A stretch of 64,000 nucleotides of DNA from NCBI GenBank assembly GCA_963745075.1, contig CAVUWV010000008.1, forward strand, positions 1 to 64,000. The letters are read 5' to 3'. This document shows, piece by piece, positions 10,393-19,748 of the stretch (its first letter is position 1; the number at the start of each line of letters is the position of its first letter). The position numbers and the translations under genes are program-made. The notes beneath the pieces were generated by a model, which searched no databases, had not been told where the DNA came from, and saw only the letters and a list, made by a program, of their open reading frames with translations. The stretch comes from Candidatus Hydrogenedentota bacterium. GTDB taxonomy: Bacteria; Hydrogenedentota; Hydrogenedentia; Hydrogenedentales; SLHB01.

Positions 10393-11214
10393 TTACCGGC
10401 CGCCCAGAAGCTGAAGGGCCGTTTGCGGAATCACGTTGGACTGGGCGAGCACCTGGGTACCCGCACTGACCAGAATTTGGTTGCGTGTAAACTGGATCGT
10501 TTCCTTCGCCACGTCGGCATCCCGAAGGAAGCTGTCGGAAGCGCTGGAGTTTTCTTCCTGAATCGCCAAGGTCTGGATGGTGAATTCGAGGCGGTTCTGG
10601 AAGGCGCCGAAGGTGCTGCGCAAAGTGGTGACGCTCCGCAGCGCGACATCGATGGTGCTGAGCGCCGAAACAGCGGTCCCCACACTGGAAATGTTCACCG
10701 TGTTGATTGCGAGGTCGTTGGTTTTCGCCCCGTTGACTGCAATGATAAGCGTCTGCCCGGCTTGGGCGCCGGCCTGCAGCGTCACGGTCTGGGCGGCGCT
10801 GAGTACGCGGAGACCGTTGAACTCGGTATCCAGGGCGATGTCGTCGATCTGTTGAAGTAACTGCTGGACTTCGGCGTCGAGGGAGAGCCGGTTCGAATCG
10901 CTCTGGGTGCCGTTAGCGGCCTGGACGGCCAGTTCGCGGATACGCTGGAGCATGTTGGTGGTGGTTTCCAACGCACCTTCCGCCGTCTGAATCAGGCTGA
11001 TGCCGTCCTGCGCGTTGCGCTGGGCCACCTGGGTGCCGCGAATTACGGTGCGGAACGATTCCGAAATGGCGAGCCCTGCCGCGTCGTCTGCTGCCCGGTT
11101 GATCCGCAGTCCGCTGGCCAGGCGTTCAAGACTCTTGTTAAGAGAGCTGGTGGATCGGCTGAGAATGCGGGCTGAGTTGAGCGCGGCTACGTTCGTATTG
11201 ATGCGTAGTCCCAT
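10393..11214 (-). CDS. fliC: Flagellin (short, 273 aa, more divergent paralogue)
   Basis: Flagellin N- and C-terminal motifs; GGAGG RBS. Confidence 0.96.
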   Translation of the reverse strand: MGLRINTNVAALNSARILSRSTSSLNKSLERLASGLRINRAADDAAGLAISESFRTVIRGTQVAQRNAQDGISLIQTAEGALETTTNMLQRIRELAVQAANGTQSDSNRLSLDAEVQQLLQQIDDIALDTEFNGLRVLSAAQTVTLQAGAQAGQTLIIAVNGAKTNDLAINTVNISSVGTAVSALSTIDVALRSVTTLRSTFGAFQNRLEFTIQTLAIQEENSSASDSFLRDADVAKETIQFTRNQILVSAGTQVLAQSNVIPQTALQLLGGR

Positions 11215-11324
11215 GATTAATTTCCTCCGTGATGACTACCTTACCTCTGCGTCCGTGCATCGGTAGAAGCGGCCGCGCGTTAGCGGGCTTCATCAAGGAG
11301 TATCGGCAGGTGGGGATGGAAACT

Positions 11325-12671
11325 TTAGGCGCCGTGTCGTGAATGTTGTGCGCCGGGCGCGGTGGCCATTCGTTGCTCGCACTCGCGGAGGCGGTCCAGG
11401 AGGAACAATCGTTCCGAAGTGACTTCGGTGAGTTCGAGGGCACGTTGGAAATGGCCGGCGGCGGTCTGATACTGGGTTAGTTCGAACTCGAGATCGCCGA
11501 GGACGGCGTAGAGCAGGTAGTAGGTAAAGAGCTGCTTGCGCTTGGGAATGATCTCGATGGCGTTGACGCCGGCTTGAGGGCCATGTACTTTCGCCAGGGC
11601 GACTGCACGGTTCAGGGCGACGACGGGGGAATCGTCGAGTTCGGCCAGGCGGTCGTACAACGACAGGATCCGGGGCCAATCTGTGGCGGCATAATTCGGT
11701 GCGGCGCAGTGGCATGCGGAAATGCCGGCCTGGAGGTGGTACTCGCTGAGTTCGTTGCCGGCTGCGGATCGGGCCAAGTGCATCATTCCCTGGGCGATCA
11801 TGGCCCGATCCCAGCGGGAGCGATCCTGCTCGTTGAGGCGCAGAATATGGCCTTCTGCGTCGACGCGGGCCGGTAACCGGGCCGCGTTCAACCACATCAG
11901 GGCGAGGAGGCCATGGGTCCGGGGCTGATTGCCGACCGGGTGCTCGACCAGGAGGGTCGCGAGGCCGATGGCTTCGCTGCACAGGTCTTCGCGAATGAGG
12001 TTCTCGCCCGTAGAGGCCTTATATCCCTCATTGTAAAGCAGATAGAGGGTTTGTTCGACGCTTTCCAGGCGGACCAGAGCCGCGTCGCCGGTGGGGATTT
12101 CGTAGGGGATGCGCGCCTCGCGGATGCGTTGCCGGGCGCGCGTAAGCCGTTTGGCTACTGCGGCTTCGGTGGTAAGAAAGGCCCTGGCGATCTCCGCCGT
12201 GTTGAATCCGCATAAGGTCTTTAAGGCCAAGGCTACCCGGGCATCCTGCGGGATGAGGGGATGGCAGCAGGCGAACATCATGCGTAACCGGTTGTCGCCG
12301 ATCTCGTCGTCGAAGTAGACGGAATCCGCCGCGTCGCCGGGCTGGGAAGTCCAGCGCCCGGCGGTCGCGGCGATAGCCGGCTCTTTTTCGCGGAAGTTCT
12401 TCTCGCGACGGATGATATCCACGGCGAGGTTCTTGGCGGTGCGCGTGATCCAGGCCGCGGGATTGTCCGGAATCCCGTAGTAGGGCCAGGTTTGCATGGC
12501 TTTTGCCAAGGCTTCCTGGACGACATCTTCGGCCAACTGGAGTCGGTCGATCCCGAAGGTGCGTGTGAGGACGGACACCAGCTTTACGGCTTCGTGACGG
12601 AAGAGGTGCTCCGTCAATTGCACCGATTCGCGGACCTGCGGGACCTGATCTTGATCGGGCTGGGCGTTCAC
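11325..12671 (-). CDS. ECF42-type RNA polymerase sigma factor with C-terminal TPR-like extension
   Basis: AEDVVQEAL, LRMMFACCHP, YLLYNEGY, QDRSRWD, VVALNRAVA; next to a DGPF gene. Confidence 0.9.
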   Translation of the reverse strand: MNAQPDQDQVPQVRESVQLTEHLFRHEAVKLVSVLTRTFGIDRLQLAEDVVQEALAKAMQTWPYYGIPDNPAAWITRTAKNLAVDIIRREKNFREKEPAIAATAGRWTSQPGDAADSVYFDDEIGDNRLRMMFACCHPLIPQDARVALALKTLCGFNTAEIARAFLTTEAAVAKRLTRARQRIREARIPYEIPTGDAALVRLESVEQTLYLLYNEGYKASTGENLIREDLCSEAIGLATLLVEHPVGNQPRTHGLLALMWLNAARLPARVDAEGHILRLNEQDRSRWDRAMIAQGMMHLARSAAGNELSEYHLQAGISACHCAAPNYAATDWPRILSLYDRLAELDDSPVVALNRAVALAKVHGPQAGVNAIEIIPKRKQLFTYYLLYAVLGDLEFELTQYQTAAGHFQRALELTEVTSERLFLLDRLRECEQRMATAPGAQHSRHGA

Positions 12672-12675
12672 GGAG

Positions 12676-13083
12676 CTATTCCGATGCGCGGGCCATCAAC
12701 GCGTCGGCGCGTTCCATGGTCGAACAGCGCGGGATGACGGGCCGGACTTCTACCGAGCCCCCGAACTCGAGGACGGGACTGGTCTTAGCTATTTCCATGG
12801 CCTCGTCGAAGCTGTCCACCTGCAACAGAAAGAACCCGCCTACGGCCTCCTTGGACTCGGCAAAGGGCCCGTCGGACACGGTGCTGCCGCTCTTCCCGGA
12901 GACGAGTTTGCCCTCGTGGGCGAGGGGGTGGGCGGTTACGATCTTGCCCTCGCCGTTCACGCGATCGTACCAGGCGTTGAACTGTTCCATGAACTGCTGG
13001 ACCTCTTCCGGGGATAATCCGCTCTCCCAGTGGGTACCGCGAATCAGTAAGAGGAAGTGGGTATTCGTAGGTTCGTTGCTCAT
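12676..13083 (-). CDS. YciI/DGPF domain protein
   Basis: DGPFAESKEAVGGF, VEVRP. Confidence 0.9.
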   Translation of the reverse strand: MSNEPTNTHFLLLIRGTHWESGLSPEEVQQFMEQFNAWYDRVNGEGKIVTAHPLAHEGKLVSGKSGSTVSDGPFAESKEAVGGFFLLQVDSFDEAMEIAKTSPVLEFGGSVEVRPVIPRCSTMERADALMARASE

Positions 13084-13133
13084 CGTTGCCTTGCTCCCGA
13101 TGGTTGTCACATAGACTTATTATATATACCGGA

Positions 13134-13547
13134 TTACTGGCCCGCGATGACCATCCAGTGCACGCCGAAGCGGTCGACGAGCATGCCGAACTGGGAGGCG
13201 AAGAAGGTCTTGGTGAGCGGCATGACGGCTTGTCCGCCGTCCGCCATGGCGTCGTAGACCTGCTTGGCCTCGGTATCGTCGGCCACGTTGATGGTCAGCG
13301 AAAAGCCGTCGAATGATGTCTTACCGCGGCAGTTCCCGTCGGAGGCGAGGACTTCCGTGTCGCCGACGCGGAAGTTGGCGTGCATGATCTTGTCCTCGGA
13401 ACCCGGCGGGACCATGCCTTCTTTGGGCGGTTCGGGGCAATCTTTGAAGCGCATCAGCATGGTGACCTCGGCACCCACGGCTTTCTTGTAGAACTCGAGG
13501 GCCTCTTCACAGCAGCCGTCGAAAAACAGATAGGGTTGGACTTTCAT
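13134..13547 (-). CDS. VOC/PhnB family protein
   Basis: PYLFFDG, KIMHA, DRFGVHWM. Confidence 0.9.
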   Translation of the reverse strand: MKVQPYLFFDGCCEEALEFYKKAVGAEVTMLMRFKDCPEPPKEGMVPPGSEDKIMHANFRVGDTEVLASDGNCRGKTSFDGFSLTINVADDTEAKQVYDAMADGGQAVMPLTKTFFASQFGMLVDRFGVHWMVIAGQ

Positions 13548-13702
13548 GATCGTTCCTTTCACATTCCGGGTTTGCACCGTTTAAGCCAATCGGACCGATG
13601 CCGCAACAGGTAAGACACTATGCGGCGGCGCCTTGCACTATCGCGCCGGAACCTGGGCCACCGGACAGCCTCAGTCGGGGTGTGCCCTGGCTTCAGTATA
13701 CC

Positions 13703-13729
13703 GACGAACGGGGGTCGAGGAAATGGACA
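13703..13729 (-). promoter_or_regulatory. ECF42-type promoter
   Basis: TGTCCA-N17-CGTC on minus strand upstream of the VOC-yciI-ECF operon. Confidence 0.65.
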
Positions 13730-13788
13730 GACTCGAGCTTCTTTTTTCCGGACTTGGTGTCGCGTCGGGAAAATGGGATTGTGGTGCG

Positions 13789-13868
13789 AATTGAACCTCG
13801 CACCGTGGGTCCTGTAAGTTCCCCCTTTGCAAGGCGCTGAAGATTTCTCTCGTGATCCGAACCGGGGG
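13789..13868 (+). repeat. ~80-bp direct repeat, copy 1
   Basis: AATTGAACCTCGCACCGTG..GTGATCCGAACCGGGG, repeated at 15831-15909. Confidence 0.9.
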
Positions 13869-13917
13869 AATGCGGTTAACGAACGCTCCGAATGTTAATC
13901 ACGCGCTGACCCAGGCG

Positions 13918-14310
13918 CTACGTGGCCAGGCCCCGCCGCTTCTCACTTTCTCGGACCATTTCCGACAGGTCGGCGGCGGGCCGGATTTCAAAGGGGCCGT
14001 GCTGCACGCCGGGGTGCTTCGACATGAGCTGGATCGCGTGGTTCAAATCCCGCGCTTCGAGGATAAGGATCCCGCCGATCTGCTCCTTTGTTTCGGCGTA
14101 AGGTCCATCCGTGACAACGACTTTGCCACCTTCCCAGCGTAGGGTTGCGGCACTTCCGGAATTCTGAAGTGCCTCCCCGCCGACAAAATGACCGCCTTCG
14201 CGCAGTTCGTCGTCGTAGGAAAAGCACGCATCGATCATGGCATACATCTTGTCTTCTGGCATTGCTTCGAAACGGGTTTCTTGATGATATCCAAGGCAAA
14301 CGTATTTCAT
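13918..14310 (-). CDS. YciI/DGPF domain protein
   Basis: [19 protein letters not shown]. Confidence 0.92.
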   Translation of the reverse strand: MKYVCLGYHQETRFEAMPEDKMYAMIDACFSYDDELREGGHFVGGEALQNSGSAATLRWEGGKVVVTDGPYAETKEQIGGILILEARDLNHAIQLMSKHPGVQHGPFEIRPAADLSEMVRESEKRRGLAT

Positions 14311-14350
14311 GGGTTCCTCCTATCATGGGATGTTGGTCTTTCACCTTATA

Positions 14351-14377
14351 GTCGAACGGCAATGCCCGAAATCGACA
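14351..14377 (-). promoter_or_regulatory. ECF42-type promoter
   Basis: TGTCGA-N17-CGAC on minus strand upstream of yciI. Confidence 0.7.
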
Positions 14378-14412
14378 ACCATTCGGTCGACTCGGTGAAG
14401 AAGAATACTCGC

Positions 14413-15669
14413 TTATCCCAATTCCGCCAGCCGGCGCTCGAGAAAACGGCGCTCCGGCCCTTGCTGGGTCAGAGAAAGTGCCTGCTCGTACGCGGCTCGT
14501 GCCTCCGCCGTCCTACCTAGTCGGCGGCACAGGTCAGCCCGCGTGGCGTGTGCCAAGTGGTAGCTAGTGAGGTCGCCGCGCTCGAAAATGGCGTCGACAA
14601 GCGCCAAGCCCGCCGCCGGTCCGTCCCGCATCGCCACGGCAACCGCGCGGTTTAGCGCCACCACGGGCGTGGGGTGGACTTCCGCAAGGATATCGTAGTA
14701 TGCGGCGATACGTGTCCAGTCGGTCGCCGCAGCGATCGGCGCGGACGCATGCACGGCGGCAATGGCCGCCTGTAGCGTATACGGGTCCTGAGGACCGGCG
14801 CGCGCAGTCAGCGACCGCTCCAACAAGGCGGTGCCTTCCGCGATTTGTTCTCGGTTCCATAGCGACCGGTCCTGGTCTTCCAGCAGGATGAGGTCGCCGG
14901 ATTCCGAAGTCCGCGCGGCGCGGCGCGATTCCTGTAAAAGCATAAGCGCCAGAAGGCCAAGCACTTCCGGTTCCGGCAGTAGCCCGGCAAGTAGGCGGCT
15001 GAGGCGGATCGCTTCCCCGGACAGATCGGCCCGCGTCATGGAGTTGCCCGACGACGCCGAGTAGCCTTCGTTAAACAGCAGGTATACAACCCGAAGCACG
15101 GCACGTAATCTCGCGGGCAGCTCCCTTGGCGGCGGTACCTCGTAGGGTATCCCGGTGTCCCGGATTCTTGCTTTAGCACGAACGATTCGCTGAGCCAAGG
15201 TTGGAGGCGACACCAAGAACGCCCGGGCGATCTCCTCAGTTGTGAGGCCGCAAAGCTCCCGCAGGGTAAGCGCTACGCGGGCTTCCGGGGCGAGCGCCGG
15301 ATGGCAACACGTGAAGATCAACCGCAGCCGGTCGTCTTCCACGCTTTCGTCGTCCTCAGGCTTGCGGACGCCCGTATCGCTGTTGATCGTCTCTGCCAGT
15401 TGGTTCAGGGCCGCATCGTACCGGGCGCGCCTCCGGATCGTGTCTATCCCCTTGAACCGGCCTGTGGAGACGAGCCACGCGCGAGGGTTGTCGGGGACCC
15501 CCTTCTCGGGCCACTGCTCCAGGGCCGCCCGGAACGCGTCATACAGGGCCTCTTCCGCAAGTTCGAAATCGCCTAGCAGCCGGATTAGCGTCGCCAGGAT
15601 CCGCCTCGATTCTGCCCGATACACAGCATCGACGATCTTTTTCATATTTCCGCTGAAGTCTGCCGACAT
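14413..15669 (-). CDS. ECF42-type RNA polymerase sigma factor
   Basis: DDRLRLIFTCCHPAL, YLLFNEGY, QDRSLW, VVALNRAVA; start uncertain. Confidence 0.9.
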   Translation of the reverse strand: MSADFSGNMKKIVDAVYRAESRRILATLIRLLGDFELAEEALYDAFRAALEQWPEKGVPDNPRAWLVSTGRFKGIDTIRRRARYDAALNQLAETINSDTGVRKPEDDESVEDDRLRLIFTCCHPALAPEARVALTLRELCGLTTEEIARAFLVSPPTLAQRIVRAKARIRDTGIPYEVPPPRELPARLRAVLRVVYLLFNEGYSASSGNSMTRADLSGEAIRLSRLLAGLLPEPEVLGLLALMLLQESRRAARTSESGDLILLEDQDRSLWNREQIAEGTALLERSLTARAGPQDPYTLQAAIAAVHASAPIAAATDWTRIAAYYDILAEVHPTPVVALNRAVAVAMRDGPAAGLALVDAIFERGDLTSYHLAHATRADLCRRLGRTAEARAAYEQALSLTQQGPERRFLERRLAELG

Positions 15670-15830
15670 TGATCGCAACCCTTGAGTCACCCGCCGACAA
15701 CGCCCGAACACCAAAACGCGCGACTGACTGGTGCGCCGGACCATATACTCATAACGGGAGGAAGCCCGTCAATCCCCAGAGCTTACAAGAATAGTCTGAT
15801 TCGTGCACCGCATACACTCCAATCTTCCCA

Positions 15831-15909
15831 AATTGAACCTCGCACCGTGCGTCCTGTAAGTTCCCCCTTTGCAAGGCACTGAACAATTCTTTCGTGATCC
15901 GAACCGGGG
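15831..15909 (+). repeat. ~80-bp direct repeat, copy 2 (overlaps RBS region of next gene)
   Basis: Near-identical to 13789-13868. Confidence 0.9.
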
Positions 15910-15919
15910 AGTGTGTGGT

Positions 15920-18900
15920 GTGAAGGGATGTTTTCAATCGCTGGTGGTCTGTCTCTTGGGTGCGCTGGTGTGCGGGGCGACGGCTGCGTCGGCGCAATTC
16001 GAGTTCCATGCGGGCGACCACGTCGTCTTCATCGGGAACGCGTTGCCGGACCGGATGCAACACGATGGCTGGCTGGAGGCGTATCTGCAGAGCGCGAATC
16101 CGGGGAAGGACCTGGTGATTCGCAACCTGGGGTTCACGGGCGACGAGGTGGCGGACCGGCCGCGCGAGGAAGGCTTCCCGAGCGTCGACACGTACCTCAC
16201 GCAACTCAAGGCGAACGTCATCTTCGCGTTCTTCGGGTACAACGAGTCTTTTAATCACGACCCCGAGCAGTTCAAGCAGGAGCTGTCCGCATTCATCGAC
16301 GACACACGCGGCAAACAATACGACGGCAAGGCCGCGCCGCGGCTCGTGCTGTTCTCCCCCATCGCCCACGAGGACCTGCACTCGCCGAATCTTCCGGACG
16401 GAAAGGAGAACAATCTCTGGCTGTCGATTTACACGGACGCTATGGCGCGCGTGGCGGCGGAGAAGAACGTCCTCTTCGTCGATCTCTTTGCGCCGTCGAA
16501 ATCGCTCTACGAACAAAGCGACGCGCCGCTGACGATCAACGGCGTGCACTTGAACCACGAAGGCAACCAGGCCATCGCGCGGATCATTGCCGATGCGATC
16601 GGACAGAAGATCGATGAGACGAACGTCGAGATGATACGCACGGCGGTGCTGGACAAAAACTGGTGCTGGTTCAACCGGTACCGCGCGACGGACGGCAACG
16701 ACGTGTGGGGGTCGCGGTCCGTCTTAAAATTTGTGGACGAGCAGACGAACGCGGAGGTGTTGCAGCACGAACTCGTGATGCTGGACATCATGGCCGCGAA
16801 CCGCGACGTGTGCATCTGGAAGGCCATCGGTGGTGAATGCGTGCCACCGGATGACAGCAACGTGCCGAATCCCGTCCAAGTCAAGACGAACTACCAGCCC
16901 AGCGAGAAGAACGGCGCGCTCGAGTACATCCCTGCGAGCGAGGGCGTGAAGACGCTGAAACTCCCGGACGGCATGAAGGCCAACCTCTTCGCGTCGGAAG
17001 AGATGTTCCCGGAAATGGTCAACCCGGTGCAGATGGATGTCGATACGAAAGGCCGGCTTTGGGTGGCGGCGTGGCAGACCTATCCGAAGTGGCAACCCGA
17101 TCACGAAATGCTCGACCGGTTGCTGATTCTGCCGGATGAGGACCATGACGGCGTGGCGGACAAGGTCATCACGTTTGCGTACGTGCACAATCCCACGGGA
17201 TTCACCTTCTGGAACGGCGGCGTGGTGGTTGCGTCGGTGCCGAATTTTTGGTTCCTGAAAGATACCGACGGCGATGACGTGGCGGATGTGAAAGAGATCC
17301 TGTTCAGCGGACTCGACTCCGCGGACACGCACCACTCGGCCAACGGGTTCGATTACGGTCCGGACGGCTACATCTATTACCAGCGCGGCATCTTTAATGT
17401 GAGCAACGTGGAGACGCCGTGGCAGTCGGCCCAGTTGTCCCACGGCCGGCCGGGCATGTACCGGTTCAATCCGCGCACGTTCCGGTTCAGCTTTCACGCG
17501 GAGAATTCGCCGAACCCCCACGGCGGCGATTTCGATTACTGGGGCTACCACTTCGCGACGGACGCCACGTCGGGCCGCGCGTTCCAGGTGCTGATGGACG
17601 GCGAAGGCGGGTTCACCATGCACGAGATGTTCGAGAAGACCGTGCGGCCCGTGCCGTCGAGCGGGATTCTGTCGAGCACGCATTTCCCCGACGACATGCA
17701 GGGCGACTTCCTCATCCTGAACGCCATCGGCTTCCTCGGCATCAAGCAATACAAACTCGATAACAACGGCGGCGTCGTGCACGGCACGGAGCGGGAAGAT
17801 CTGCTGGTGTCGAGCGACCCGAATTTCCGTCCTGCGGATTTCAAGTTCGGTGATGACGGGGCGCTGTACGTCGCGGATTGGGCGAACGCGCTCATCGGTC
17901 ACATGCAGCACAACATCCGCGATCCAAAGCGCGACCATCAACACGGGCGCATCTATCGCATCACGGTGGACGGGCGGTCGTTGCAGGAGCACGTTCCAAT
18001 CGACGGCGAGCCAATCGATTCCCTTTTGGACGTACTAAAACATCCGACGGATGGGGTGCGGTTGCGGGCGCGCATCGAGTTGAGCGAGCGGAACGTGGAC
18101 GACGTTATGGCGGCGTTGCCGAAATGGATCGCCCAGTTCGACGGGTCGAAGCCGGAAGACGCGCATCACCTGCTGGAAGCGTTGTGGGTGTGCCAACAGT
18201 TCAATGTGGTGAACGAAGGCCTGTTGCAGGTGCTGCTGAATTCGCCGGAACCGAACGCGCGGCGCGCCGCAGAGGGCGTGCAATACATGTGGGAGATCGA
18301 AGGCCAACTCACTGGGAGCGCCAGCGACCACGCTGGCGTGCACGCGCATCTTGCGCGTGCGAAAAATCAAGACATGGTCTACGACTATTTCAAGCAGGAG
18401 CCGTCACCGGAACCGGCAATCGTCGACGGCACGATGCATATCCACATCCAGACCTTGAAGGAGCAGATGCGCTACGACCGCCGGAGTTTTGCCGTTGCGC
18501 CGGGCATGCCGGTGAAGGTCGTGTTCAAGAACCCCGACGCGATGGACCACAACTTCGTCCTCACGCAGCCCGGCGCGAAGTCGGAAGTGGGCATGGCCGC
18601 CATGATGCTCGGGCCGGACGGCGTCAAGCGCGGCTGGCTGCCGGACAGCAAGAAGATCCTCTTCGCCACGAAGCTGCTGTCCATGGGCGAGGAAGACACA
18701 CTCGAGTTCACCGCGCCCACGGAATGCGGCGCCTACGACTACGTGTGCACCTTCCCCGGACACTGGCTGCTGATGAACGGCATCATGCAAGTAGTCGAAA
18801 ACCCCATGCAATGGATGGCGGAACACAAGGACGAAGACGCGGGACCGGCGCGCGCAGTTCATGCGCGAATGGACCGTGGCGGATCTCGCGGGCGACCTCG

Positions 18901-19364
18901 GCCAACTCGCCGAGGGCCGCGACCTCAAACACGGGCGGACCGTATTCGAAGCGGCGTCCTGCGTGGCCTGCCACGAACCCAGCCCGACCGGCGGCCGCAT
19001 CGGCCCCGACCTCGCCGGCGTTGCCGACCGCTTCCAACCCGCCGCCATGCTCACGGAAATGATCGAACCCTCGAAGGTCATCAACAAAGACTACAAATCC
19101 TGGGAAATCCACATCGATACCGAAGACGTCTTCGCCGAAAACACCCTTCACGGCCTCATCGTAGAACAAACCGACGACACCCTCCGCGTCGTCACCAACC
19201 CCCTCCAAGACCCCCAAGGCACCACCATCGTCCGAAACCAAATCACCGACATGAAACCCGCGCCGCTGTCGACGATGCCCACGGGTTTGTTGAACAGTTT
19301 CACGGAGGAGGAGATCCTGGATCTCATGGCCTACCTCCGCTCCATCCCCGTGCCGGAGAAATAA
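15920..19364 (+). CDS. PVC-type haem-binding protein: SGNH + beta-propeller + HEAT + cupredoxin + cytochrome c; frameshift near 18853
   Basis: Signal peptide; FGYNES SGNH block; DxDGDGVAD; MDHN..CTFPGHWLLM type-1 Cu site; CVACH lies in ORF 18861-19364 in another frame. Confidence 0.85.
19218..19322 (+). repeat. 105-bp direct repeat of gene 3' end, copy 1
   Basis: Identical by eye to 21664-21768. Confidence 0.92.
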
Positions 19365-19748
19365 TCCTCTGGAGTGCGGACACGCTGAGGCGTGGTTCCA
19401 GAGTTTGTACACGTGCCGCGCCCTGGCCCGCCCTGAAAGGGCAAAAACATGACAGCCCAGGGTAAAGCGAAGCGGCGCCCTGGGACCAAGTCCCAACAAA
19501 GATCGCAAGCCCTGAAAGGGCGAAACATGCATCGGAAACATGCTGCGTTCTTCGCTGATACCTCCTATTGCCGTTGGTGACGGGATCCGAGAACCACGAA
19601 CGAAACCTTTCATGCGCCATTTGACCTATTGCGGCTCTCGTACACATCGGGTGTCTGATGAGACCGAGATACCCCGTGTGGTCTCGATTCTCTGTATTGC
19701 TCTTTCAGAGCGTTCATGTGGGGGTTGCTCTTTTCCCAGGGCGTTGCC

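Noticed and set aside
18855..19465. Arg-rich C-terminus of the 1198-aa ORF
   Set aside because: Out-of-frame product after the frameshift; the real C-terminus is ORF 18861-19364
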